From positions 3,662 to 67,661 of the forward strand of contig CAMBOV010000013.1 of assembly GCA_945869475.1 (NCBI GenBank): a stretch of 64,000 nucleotides of DNA, read 5' to 3'. A program made the position numbers and the translations under genes. Under the pieces are notes generated by a model. It made no database searches. It saw only the letters and a program-made list of their open reading frames with translations, and was not told the origin of the DNA. Source of the DNA: Singulisphaera sp. GP187. GTDB taxonomy: Bacteria > Planctomycetota > Phycisphaerae > Phycisphaerales > SM1A02. The number at the start of each line of letters is the position of its first letter. Position 1 is the stretch's first letter. This document shows, piece by piece, positions 56,163-64,000 of this stretch.

Positions 56163-57881
56163 TCAGAAGTTGATCGTTTCCTGCTGCGGCGGCGGTCCAA
56201 AGACGTCGTTGCCCCAGTTTCTGTCGAGGAGGAATCCAAAGCCGTAGGTCATTCGAAGCCCATTCCTGAAGACTGCGAGTGGAGTCGCCCAGAAATTGGT
56301 TCCGATAACGATGTAGTCATCCTTCTTGAGGATGACGTCTGGCTCGCCACGATTGCGGATTGCCGCGAGGTTGAGTCGGATCGCAGCTTCGCGTCCTCCG
56401 GGCAATCGGCGCACGAGATCGACGCGCTCTGGGATTGCGATTTGCGAGAGTCCACCGGCGGTTGCCACAAGGCGGCTCAAGGTAAGCCGACCATACGAGG
56501 GCAACTGAAAGACTCCAGGGCGGCTGACTTCGCCATCGATGTAGACCATCCCGATGGGCGGGAACTGAAGATAGATGTCATCACCGGGACGGATCACAAC
56601 ATTCTGCGATGCGTCGCCGCGCACGAGCCGGTCATAGTCAACCTCAATGATTCGCGTGCGCAGAAATGCCTTTGGATCGGTCGTGCGAGTTGCCGTCACA
56701 GGTGGCAAGGTCGCGCGCGCGGCCTCACCGGTGAGTGCGGATCCTGGCGGCACGGGCAAACCCACAGCAGAAACGGTGACTGGCGCGGTGGCGGATTGCC
56801 CACTCGCGCGTATGCGAACCCACTGCTGGCTGTTGACGTCGAAGATGAACGAATCACCCTCGTTGGCGAGTTGCGCAACTGGAATTTTTTGAGTGGCCGT
56901 CTGCGCGTTGATGCCGGGCGCATCGGTGACTGAGACTGGCTCGAGCGTGTCAATGTCAATCGGCGGCGGCGGCGTACTTTGCTGACCGCGCACTGCCCCT
57001 GGACTTGGGGGTAATGCGGGTGGCGGTGTCGGCGCGGGAGTCGGCGCGGGTGGCGGAGTCGGCGCGGGTGGCGGAGTCGGCGCGCCACTCAACTGATTGA
57101 TCAGCGCCTCGATGTCGACTGGCGGAGCGGTCGTCGTGTTCGCGGAATTTTGGCTTGAAACTGCGGGATTCGCGGGGGTGGCATCGTCTGGAGGATTCGT
57201 CGGCTGCGATGCTGCGTCGTCGGTGATCGCATCTTCGAGCGACATCGAGCGCACGATCAACACCCGCTCGGTCACAACATCTGCACCACCGGCGAGAGCG
57301 ATCGCTTGTGTGAGACGAAAGTTCGGCTTGTTGAGTGCGAAGACTCCGGCATTCTGGATCGCCCCTTGAATGGTGAACTCGAAACTGCGTCCCTCTTCAA
57401 TATCAACGGTCACGGTTGGATTCTTGATGAACACCTGCAGCTTTGCTCGGATCGCATCGCGCAACTCTTCGAGCGTGAGTCCAGCTGCTTTGATCTCGTT
57501 GATCGTCGGCAGGCGGATGTCTCCACCCTGGTCAACGCGGCGAACCGCGGCTTCGGTCTTGCCCTGCGAGATCAGTTCGTAAATTTCGACGATGATGACA
57601 TCGCCTGAAGCGATGCGATACTCAAGTGTGTTGGCGATGAGATCTTGCGCTTCTGGCGGACCGGTGACACCAAGGGGCTCTTCTGCAGCCTCGATGACAT
57701 CAATGCGGTCGAGCACCGGCATCGTCGTAGGTGTGTGCTCGTAGTACCCCGTAACACTGGGATTCATGTACGAATCGGTCTCGCACCCCAGTGCGACCAT
57801 GCAAGCGACCACAAACCCCGCCGCAATGCTGGTCATCGCGGCGCGTCGTGCGGGTGAAAGCTCGTGTCTGGTGCGATCCAT
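56163..57881 (-). CDS. outer-membrane polysaccharide export protein (Wza-like: Poly_export + SLBB domains) with Pro/Thr-rich insert
   Basis: ATG 57881 gives a lipoprotein signal, 'AAGFVVACMVALGC'. 'YRIASGDVIIVEIYEL' and 'GDIRLPTINEIKAAGLTLEELRDAI'. Two SLBB-like 'G.V..PG.F'-type units. Insert 'PTPPPAPTPPPAPTPAPTPPPA'. Confidence 0.8.
   Translation of the reverse strand: MDRTRHELSPARRAAMTSIAAGFVVACMVALGCETDSYMNPSVTGYYEHTPTTMPVLDRIDVIEAAEEPLGVTGPPEAQDLIANTLEYRIASGDVIIVEIYELISQGKTEAAVRRVDQGGDIRLPTINEIKAAGLTLEELRDAIRAKLQVFIKNPTVTVDIEEGRSFEFTIQGAIQNAGVFALNKPNFRLTQAIALAGGADVVTERVLIVRSMSLEDAITDDAASQPTNPPDDATPANPAVSSQNSANTTTAPPVDIEALINQLSGAPTPPPAPTPPPAPTPAPTPPPALPPSPGAVRGQQSTPPPPIDIDTLEPVSVTDAPGINAQTATQKIPVAQLANEGDSFIFDVNSQQWVRIRASGQSATAPVTVSAVGLPVPPGSALTGEAARATLPPVTATRTTDPKAFLRTRIIEVDYDRLVRGDASQNVVIRPGDDIYLQFPPIGMVYIDGEVSRPGVFQLPSYGRLTLSRLVATAGGLSQIAIPERVDLVRRLPGGREAAIRLNLAAIRNRGEPDVILKKDDYIVIGTNFWATPLAVFRNGLRMTYGFGFLLDRNWGNDVFGPPPQQETINF
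57018..57083 (-). repeat. 18-bp tandem repeat (GGGTGGCGGAGTCGGCGC; two perfect copies plus degenerate copies) inside the Wza-like gene
   Basis: Read directly from the sequence. It encodes the 'PTPPPA' repeats. Confidence 0.9.
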
Positions 57882-57989
57882 CAATTCAAATCCATTCGTG
57901 GGGAAAGTGAACGGTGGAGGATAACGAAATCCGACTCGCAGAACGACCTCCCCCAACATTGAGTTCGCAAAAGCGAAAAAAAGTTGTAG

Positions 57990-58907
57990 TCAATTTGCGA
58001 TGAGCTCTTCGAGCACGGCCATGCGCGCGGCGACGCCATGAGTGACCTGTCGCAGGATGCGACTTCGCTTTGGATCATCGGCGACTCGATCGTCAATCTC
58101 GATGCCACGGTTGATTGGACCTGGGTGAAGGATGACAACATGAGGTGCCAGTCTTGAGATTCGTTCCGGGGTGAGTCCAAACATCTGTCTGTAGTCACTC
58201 GAAATCGCACCGCCAGCGGCTCGTTCGAACTGCACTCGCAACATCATGACAGCATCGACCCCGTCGAGGGCCGCGTCCAAGTTTGTCATCGTCGAAACTG
58301 TGCCGGGTCCTTGCGTTATTCGCTCGAAACTCTTCGAAACGAGCGTCGGTGGACCGACGAGACGGACGTGCGCACCGAGCGTCGAAAGAGCGTGCGTCGT
58401 CGAGCGCGCAACGCGACTGTTGGTGATGTCTCCGACGATCGCGATGGTGCGGTCTTCGAGTGAGCCGAACTCTTCGATCAATGTCGAAACGTCGAGTAAG
58501 CCTTGCGTGGGATGCTCGTGGCGGCCATCCCCTGCATTGATGACTGGGCACTTCACGCCATCGGCGATCATCTGCGCCCCACCTGAGATGGCGCAGCGCA
58601 CGACAATTGCGGCGACTCCCATGCATTCGATGTTTCGTGCGGTGTCGACAAGCGTTTCGCCTTTGTTGAGGCTCGAACCACTCGGAGTGAGATTGAAAAC
58701 TTGTCCACCGAGGCGATGCACGGCGGTTTCGAAGCTGCAGCGCGTGCGAGTCGAGTCTTCGAAAAAGAGGTTCGCGATCACCTTGCCATTGAGTGACGTG
58801 CGATTGGGGGCCTTGCCCTCGGCAATGGGAACGTTCTTGCTCGTTGCATCGAGCAGTCGAAGTAGTTCTTGGCGGGAAATCCCCGCGATCGTGAGAAAGT
58901 CTGCCAC
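57990..58907 (-). CDS. pyrB: aspartate carbamoyltransferase catalytic subunit
   Basis: 'FFEDSTRTRCSFE', 'HPTQGLLD' and 'HPGPINRGIEI'. Confidence 0.95.
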   Translation of the reverse strand: MADFLTIAGISRQELLRLLDATSKNVPIAEGKAPNRTSLNGKVIANLFFEDSTRTRCSFETAVHRLGGQVFNLTPSGSSLNKGETLVDTARNIECMGVAAIVVRCAISGGAQMIADGVKCPVINAGDGRHEHPTQGLLDVSTLIEEFGSLEDRTIAIVGDITNSRVARSTTHALSTLGAHVRLVGPPTLVSKSFERITQGPGTVSTMTNLDAALDGVDAVMMLRVQFERAAGGAISSDYRQMFGLTPERISRLAPHVVILHPGPINRGIEIDDRVADDPKRSRILRQVTHGVAARMAVLEELIAN

Positions 58908-58910
58908 AGT

Positions 58911-60308
58911 TCAGTTCGCTCGCTTCACTGGCGATAGTAGTTCAAGCGCATGCGCGATGGTGCGGATTGGGATCACCTCGCCGTCACGCCTCTTGATCGT
59001 GTCGAACTGCGCAGCGGGAACGAGCACGGTGCTGCATCCGCGGCGCACCGCTTCGGCGACACGTTGCTCAAGCATGCGCACAGGACGGATCTCGCCAGAA
59101 AGTCCAACTTCGCCGATGATCGCGGTGGCTGGCGCGACGGCGCGCGAGAGGTGCGCGCCGGCAATGGCAAGGCACAAAGCGAGATCTGCAGCAGGTTCGA
59201 CGATTCGAAGTCCGCCCGCGACGCTGGTGTAGATGTCTTGATCGGCGAGGCGCAGTCCACCATGCTTTTCGAGAACCGCGATCATCATGGAGAGACGACC
59301 GGTGTCCATGCCACTCGATTTTCGCTTGGCGCTGCCGAGAAAACCAGATGCCGCGAGCGCCTGAATCTCTGCGAGCAAGATGCGACTGCCAGCCATCACC
59401 GGAACAACCGCAGTGCCAGGACGGGGCTCAGTCGCATTGGCCGCGGCGAGTGCGCTCTCATCGACCTCAGCGAGACCGCTGCCGGTCATTTCGAAGAGGC
59501 CGATTTCATGGGTCGATCCGAATCGATTCTTCGTCGCACGCACGAGGCGGTAGGCGTGGTGACGATCACCTTCGAACGAGAGCACGACGTCGACGAGATG
59601 CTCGAGCAACTTCGGACCCGCGAGGTCACCCTCTTTCGTCACGTGACCAACGATAATCACGACGGTGCCAGTGGTCTTGGCGAACTGCACGAGTTCGAGG
59701 CAGCAGCGGCGCAATTGGGTCATCGATCCCGGAAGTGCATCGGCGTCGTGGCGGTGCACGAGTTGGATGCTGTCGACAGCGAGCAGTTTCGCTTGCACGC
59801 GGCGCGCTTCGTTGGTGATGCGCGCGACCGAACTCTCAGCGAGTAAGAAGAGATTCGCATCGCGCGTGCCGCAATCGTTCTCGCCGAGAATGCGCTGCGC
59901 ACGCAACTTGATCTGCTGCGCGCTCTCTTCGCTACTGGCATAGAGCACGCGCTCGCCGTTTCCTGCGAGCGCTGAAAATGCCTGTAAAAGCAGTGTGCTT
60001 TTGCCGATTCCTGGATCGCCACCCACGAGCACGGCGCTGCCCGGCACGAGCCCGCCGCCGAGGGTGCGATCGAATTCGCTGATGCCCGTTGGAAGTCGTG
60101 GCACTTCGAGCGGCGAGATCTCTGCCATCGGCGCAGCGGATGGCGGCGTGCCGTCGACCGTGACGCGAGGCGAATCATTCTCTGCGCCAGCATCCGATTG
60201 AAAGGGCTCGACCGTGTCCCACTCGCCACACTCGAGACAACGACCTGACCAGCGAGGTGCGACCGCGCCGCAGTCGCGGCAGACGAAACTGGTCTTGAGT
60301 TTGGACAC
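58911..60308 (-). CDS. radA: DNA repair protein RadA/Sms
   Basis: The GTG at 60308 gives 'SKLKTSFVCRDCGAVAPRWSGRCLECGEWDT' (zinc finger). Walker A 'GGDPGIGKSTL', 'KNRFG', and a Lon-like C-terminus. The ORF extension upstream crosses a terminator hairpin, so it is not used. Confidence 0.9.
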   Translation of the reverse strand: MSKLKTSFVCRDCGAVAPRWSGRCLECGEWDTVEPFQSDAGAENDSPRVTVDGTPPSAAPMAEISPLEVPRLPTGISEFDRTLGGGLVPGSAVLVGGDPGIGKSTLLLQAFSALAGNGERVLYASSEESAQQIKLRAQRILGENDCGTRDANLFLLAESSVARITNEARRVQAKLLAVDSIQLVHRHDADALPGSMTQLRRCCLELVQFAKTTGTVVIIVGHVTKEGDLAGPKLLEHLVDVVLSFEGDRHHAYRLVRATKNRFGSTHEIGLFEMTGSGLAEVDESALAAANATEPRPGTAVVPVMAGSRILLAEIQALAASGFLGSAKRKSSGMDTGRLSMMIAVLEKHGGLRLADQDIYTSVAGGLRIVEPAADLALCLAIAGAHLSRAVAPATAIIGEVGLSGEIRPVRMLEQRVAEAVRRGCSTVLVPAAQFDTIKRRDGEVIPIRTIAHALELLSPVKRAN

Positions 60309-60337
60309 TCCCCGCAGTGTAGGGAGGGTGCGCGGTG

Positions 60338-60386
60338 CAAAAAAGAACGCGGGCGCCGGTCGAGTCGGAGTTCGGTCGGCGCCCGC
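60338..60386 (-). terminator. rho-independent terminator downstream of nuoH/small ORF, immediately upstream of radA
   Basis: On the minus strand, the 10-bp perfect GC stem GCGGGCGCCG / CGGCGCCCGC (60377-60386 pairs with 60349-60358). It is extendable with G-U pairs. It is followed by GTTCTTTTTTG (complement of 60338-60348). Confidence 0.7.
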
Positions 60387-60463
60387 AATGCGAGAGACGG
60401 TGGAATCTAACCGAACAATGCGAAGAGTTGCAAGTTGTGGGGGCGAACTGCGCGCGACAACGT

Positions 60464-60685
60464 TCACTTCATCAGTCGACGCATTCGTGCAACCCACGCG
60501 CCGTACTCGAGCACCGCATGTGTGTGCGACTGCCAGGAGTGTGACTTGAAGTTTGCCGTGGCTGATCCAAATGCAGTTTCGTTGCGCCACTTCCAGTAGC
60601 CGCCCCGCAGGCGAAATCGCGTTGTCACGCCGAGTCGCGCGAGGGCGATCAGCGCTGTGAGTGTGTCGAGAAGTGTGAGTCGCAC
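60464..60685 (-). CDS. possible small protein (73 aa), unknown function
   Basis: The GTG start lies 2 nt after the nuoH stop. Hydrophobic N-terminus 'RLTLLDTLTALIALARLGV', then a Trp/Arg-rich 'RFRLRGGYWKWRNETAFG'. It ends about 75 nt before the terminator. No homology could be checked. Confidence 0.3.
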   Translation of the reverse strand: MRLTLLDTLTALIALARLGVTTRFRLRGGYWKWRNETAFGSATANFKSHSWQSHTHAVLEYGAWVARMRRLMK

Positions 60686-60687
60686 GG

Positions 60688-62091
60688 TTAGTGAATCGAG
60701 ATGATGCCTTGGCGCGCGTCCTGAATTGGGGCATCGCTCAGAGCAACAGGATGGGTCGACGCCGATGCGACCGCTTCGTCAGCCAATGGCGAAAAGCGGC
60801 TTCCTGCGAGGGGAAGTTTGTGATTTGGATTCGCCGCGCGAGGCATGAATGGGCGCACGATGCAGATGATCGCGACGCAGGCGAGTGAGGCGATCCACAT
60901 GTACTGCGTCAGACCGAAGAAGGTCATCGCGGCAGCGGAGGTGAGCAGCAAGAGTGAGACTGGAATCATCCCCTCCCAAGCGAGCTTCATGAGTTGGTCA
61001 AAGCGAAAGCGTGGGAGAGTCCAGCGGATCGCCATCGTGAAGGCGACAACGAGACCAGTCTTGACGAGCATCACCGCAAACTGCGCAAGGATGACTGGCA
61101 GAGAGGCGACAATTGGAAGGTCGAAGTTCCATGACGAAGGAGTGAGTGAGCCGAGTGGATTGATGCTGAATCCGCCCAGAAAGAGCAGCGCGAAGAATGC
61201 GGAGCCCGTGATGACGTGAAAGTATTCAGCGAGAAAGAACATCGCGAAGCGCATCGACGAGTACTCGGTGTGGAATCCACCAACCAGTTCGCTCTCAGCC
61301 TCAGCCAAGTCAAACGGCGCGCGGTTCGTTTCGGCGAGCATGCAGGTATAGAAGAGGATCGCAACGAGCGGTTGCGAGATGAGATTCCAACTGTATTGTT
61401 GTTGGTGGGCGATGATGACGTATGGGTCAAGCGATCCTGCGACCAAGATGATGCAGAGCAGACAGAGTCCCATCGGAATCTCATACGAGATCATCTGCGC
61501 GCTTGCGCGAAGTCCGCCAAGAAACGAGAACTTGCTGCCGCTGGCCCACCCGCCGAGTGCGACTCCGTAGACGCCGAGGCTGCCCACTGCGATGATGTAG
61601 ATGACGCCGACATTGATGTTTGCACCGACGACTTTCACCATCGTGCCCTCGATGCCGAAGGTCGACGAGAGGAACGAGGTCACGAACGCCGGCAGTGTCG
61701 CGAGATCGAGGATGCCTCCCCACGGAATGATGACGAAGGCGGCCATCGCTGGAAGAATCGCGAGTCCTGGACCGAGCGTGAAGAGAACAGAATCGGCCGA
61801 GCGTGGCGTGTGCTCTTCTTTCATGATGAACTTGAGACCGTCGGCGAGTGGTTGCAGAAGTCCCTTGGGACCGACGCGGTTTGGTCCGACTCGGTCTTGC
61901 ATCCACGCGCTGAGTTTTCGTTCGAGCATGACGCCGTATGCGCAACCACCGAGAAGCACGTGCACCATCACGATGATGACAAGCACATTGACGACCAACT
62001 GCGGGATGCCGCCCGTGATTGGAATGAGTGTCGACAGGCTCGCGAGGGTGTGTGTGGGAGTCAGGAGCGTCATCTGCGTGATCGAAATCAT
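60688..62091 (-). CDS. nuoH: NADH-quinone oxidoreductase subunit H with N- and C-terminal extensions
   Basis: 'MLERKLSAWMQDRVGPNRVGPKGLLQPLADGLKF' and 'ETNRAPFDLAEAESELVGGFHTEYS' are NuoH/ND1 signatures. 467 aa, against about 330 for typical NuoH. Confidence 0.9.
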   Translation of the reverse strand: MISITQMTLLTPTHTLASLSTLIPITGGIPQLVVNVLVIIVMVHVLLGGCAYGVMLERKLSAWMQDRVGPNRVGPKGLLQPLADGLKFIMKEEHTPRSADSVLFTLGPGLAILPAMAAFVIIPWGGILDLATLPAFVTSFLSSTFGIEGTMVKVVGANINVGVIYIIAVGSLGVYGVALGGWASGSKFSFLGGLRASAQMISYEIPMGLCLLCIILVAGSLDPYVIIAHQQQYSWNLISQPLVAILFYTCMLAETNRAPFDLAEAESELVGGFHTEYSSMRFAMFFLAEYFHVITGSAFFALLFLGGFSINPLGSLTPSSWNFDLPIVASLPVILAQFAVMLVKTGLVVAFTMAIRWTLPRFRFDQLMKLAWEGMIPVSLLLLTSAAAMTFFGLTQYMWIASLACVAIICIVRPFMPRAANPNHKLPLAGSRFSPLADEAVASASTHPVALSDAPIQDARQGIISIH

Positions 62092-62110
62092 GTGTCTCTC
62101 AGTCTAGCGA

Positions 62111-64000
62111 TCACGCGTTGCATGGGGCGCAGGTCGTCGGTTGCGCACTCGCAGCGGGGCGCGCGAGATGCGGAAAGTAATCCTGAATCGCGCAGACATC
62201 CCACGCACCTGCTTGCAGCGCGGTAATCGCCTGCACGGCCGCCCGAGCTCCCGCGACAGTCGTCATGATCGGCGTGCCTGAGCGAACCGATCCCGCGCGG
62301 ATGCGACCCTCGTCGGTGTCTGCTCCCGTGCGTGTGGGAGTGTTGATGATGAGCGCGATCTCTCCCGAGCGCACGAGATCAAGAATGTTTGGACGCTGAC
62401 CCTCGGCAATCTTTGGAACGAGTTGCGAGGTGACGCCGTGCGTCGCGAGATACTCGTGGGTGCCGCGGGTGCAGACGAGAGTGAATCCGATGGCGATGAG
62501 GCTGCGGGCGATCTCGATCGATGCGCGCTTGTCGCTCTCACGCACCGAAAGAAAGATCTTGCCGGTTGTGGGAAGGACAACTCCAGCGGCCATCTGCGCC
62601 TTCGCAAATGCCACGGGCAGCGAGCGATCTGCGCCCATCACCTCGCCAGTCGAACGCATCTCAGGTCCGAGCACAACGTCGACTCCCGGAAATTTCGCGA
62701 ATGGAAAGACGGACTCTTTCACTGAGTAGAACCCAGTGTCTGGGGTCTCGTAAACGTTGAGTTGATCAAGCGACGCGCCCATCATGACCTTCGCCGCGAT
62801 GCGCGCCCACGAGACTCCTTTGGCCTTGCTCACAAATGGTGCCGTGCGCGAGGCGCGCGGATTGACTTCCAAGATGTAGAGAATGTCATCCTTGCATGCC
62901 ATCTGAATGTTCATCAGTCCACGAACGCGCAGTCGCGCGGCGAGCGCGCGGGCGTGCGTGCGCACGCGCTCAACGATCGCGTTGCTCAGTGAATAGGGCG
63001 GAATCGTGCAGGTCGAATCGCCTGAGTGGATGCCCGCCTCTTCGATGTGCTCCATCACGCCGCAGACAACCGCGCGCGACGGAGAAGAGGGAAGCACGAT
63101 CGCCGACGAACTGCTCTCCTCGTTTGGAATGAAGTCAGAGACGACGTCGACGTCGATCTCGATCGCATCGGAGAGAAATCGATCGATCAGAATCGGACGG
63201 TGCGCGAGTTCGCTGACATCGACGGCCGCGCTCATGTAGCGCCGAAGACTCGTTTCGTCGAAGCAGGTTTCCATGCCGCGACCACCGAGCACATACGAAG
63301 GACGCACCAGCACGGGATAGCCAATGCGCGCGGCGATGGCGAGCGCGTCAGCGAGACTGCGTGCGATGCCGCTTGCGGGTTGATTGAGTCCGAGCTCATC
63401 GAGCATCGCCTTGAATCGGTCGCGATCTTCTGCGAGATCGATCGAGTCGATGCCAGTGCCGATGAGCGGCACCCCTGCTTCGTGCAATCCGTGAGCGAGA
63501 TTCAGCGGGGTTTGTCCGCCGAATTGCACGATCACACCAGCGACTCCGCCGGCGCGATCTTTCACATCGACTCCGCCGCCGTTGAGTCGCTCGATGACGT
63601 TGAGCACATCTTCAAGAGTGAGTGGTTCGAAGAAGAGCAGATCGCTGGTGTCGTAATCGGTCGAGACGGTTTCAGGATTCGAGTTGATCATCACACTCTC
63701 GAAGCCCATGTCTCCGCAAGCGAATGCCGCTTGGCAGCAGCAGTAGTCGAATTCGATCCCCTGCCCGATTCGATTTGGACCGCCGCCGAGAATGATGATC
63801 TTGGGTCGTGGCGAGATTCGAATCTCGTCCTCGACGCGCGTCACTCCATTGTGCGTGACGGGCGACTCGTAGGTCGAGTAGTAGTACGGGGTCACCGCTT
63901 CGAATTCTGCGGCGCATGTGTCAACCAACTTGAAAACGGGTTCGATCTTGAGCCCCTTGCGGTGGGCGCGCACAGAAAGAATCGTGCGCGCTGAGATCTC
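62111..64000 (-). CDS. carB: carbamoyl-phosphate synthase large subunit (C-terminal ~630 codons; N-terminus lies beyond the window)
   Basis: 'VDTCAAEFEAVTPYYYSTYE', the second ATP-grasp 'LVRPSYVLGGRGME', and the MGS-like tail 'GKIFLSVRESDK'. The reading frame stays open to position 64000. Confidence 0.95.
   Translation of the reverse strand, partial: EISARTILSVRAHRKGLKIEPVFKLVDTCAAEFEAVTPYYYSTYESPVTHNGVTRVEDEIRISPRPKIIILGGGPNRIGQGIEFDYCCCQAAFACGDMGFESVMINSNPETVSTDYDTSDLLFFEPLTLEDVLNVIERLNGGGVDVKDRAGGVAGVIVQFGGQTPLNLAHGLHEAGVPLIGTGIDSIDLAEDRDRFKAMLDELGLNQPASGIARSLADALAIAARIGYPVLVRPSYVLGGRGMETCFDETSLRRYMSAAVDVSELAHRPILIDRFLSDAIEIDVDVVSDFIPNEESSSSAIVLPSSPSRAVVCGVMEHIEEAGIHSGDSTCTIPPYSLSNAIVERVRTHARALAARLRVRGLMNIQMACKDDILYILEVNPRASRTAPFVSKAKGVSWARIAAKVMMGASLDQLNVYETPDTGFYSVKESVFPFAKFPGVDVVLGPEMRSTGEVMGADRSLPVAFAKAQMAAGVVLPTTGKIFLSVRESDKRASIEIARSLIAIGFTLVCTRGTHEYLATHGVTSQLVPKIAEGQRPNILDLVRSGEIALIINTPTRTGADTDEGRIRAGSVRSGTPIMTTVAGARAAVQAITALQAGAWDVCAIQDYFPHLARPAASAQPTTCAPCNA

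Noticed and set aside
57961-57989. Small hairpin TTCGC-AAAA-GCGAA next to an A7 run downstream of pyrB
   Set aside because: On the transcribed (minus) strand the T run precedes the 5-bp stem rather than following it, so it is not a canonical intrinsic terminator.
58246-59232. 328-aa + strand ORF, and similar long antisense ORFs at 17768-18607, 28869-29489, 45915-46814, 61216-62226 and 63026-63994
   Set aside because: All lie antisense to confidently identified genes (pyrB/radA, tricorn, Gfo/Idh/MocA, GT4, nuoH, carB) and have Arg/Ser/Ala-biased shadow-frame composition.
60309-60734. Upstream extension of the radA ORF (607-aa version)
   Set aside because: It is Arg-rich and passes through the terminator hairpin. 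The RadA zinc finger begins 9 residues after the GTG at 60308.
1-64000. Scan for CRISPR arrays, tRNA/rRNA genes, IS elements, integrases, prophage or defence-system genes
   Set aside because: I saw no spaced direct repeats, cloverleaf-sized non-coding gaps, transposase or integrase motifs, or nuclease/ATPase defence-like gene pairs. Nearly all the sequence is accounted for by the CDS listed. The scan was by eye only, so small ncRNAs cannot be excluded.

Overview
This 64-kb window is a gene-dense chromosomal segment from a GC-rich bacterium. I call about 46 CDS and saw no rRNA, tRNA, CRISPR array, transposase or integrase by eye. The gene content suggests Planctomycetota, possibly Phycisphaerae-like, but that is inference only. 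It rests on the LL-DAP aminotransferase DapL, GH57, giant TPR proteins, a 1000-aa secretin with a poly-Gly linker, a dockerin-tagged multihaem cytochrome, an exosortase, and a dcw remnant with no mraZ. Genes are packed into long co-directional trains with 0-40 nt gaps and ATGA/GTGA start-stop overlaps, and convergent genes abut or overlap.

Main blocks:
- 67-9660: envelope glycan genes (O-antigen-ligase-like, DegT, GH57, GT2) with pyrE embedded, plus two divergent secreted helical proteins.
- 9689-15228: a half ABC importer, a lipoprotein and a pentahaem cytochrome with a C-terminal dockerin.
- 15263-25945: ppa, tricorn-like protease, M42 peptidase, methyltransferase, dapL, rlmE, esterase, DUF4097-like lipoprotein.
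- 25935-33241, minus strand: secretin, STAS, RsbW-like kinase, Gfo/Idh/MocA, Nfo::TPR fusion, queF.
- 33463-41865: carA-priA, sucA-sucB, lipoprotein.
- 41897-60308, minus strand: radA-pyrB, then an exosortase-type polysaccharide locus (Wza-like, exosortase, EpsI, 1607-aa TPR protein, Wzc-like protein with a lysine-less Walker A, WecA-like GT4). The GT4 gene is translationally coupled to rsmH-LysM-ftsL-ftsI.
- 60338-64000: intrinsic terminator, small ORF, orphan nuoH, carB (truncated at the window edge).

The best candidates for something undescribed are:
1. The exosortase/EPS module fused to the cell-division genes.
2. The orphan secretin plus partner-switching operon.
3. The in-frame Nfo endonuclease::signal-peptide::TPR fusion.

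All functional calls come from motif recognition by eye. No searches were run.
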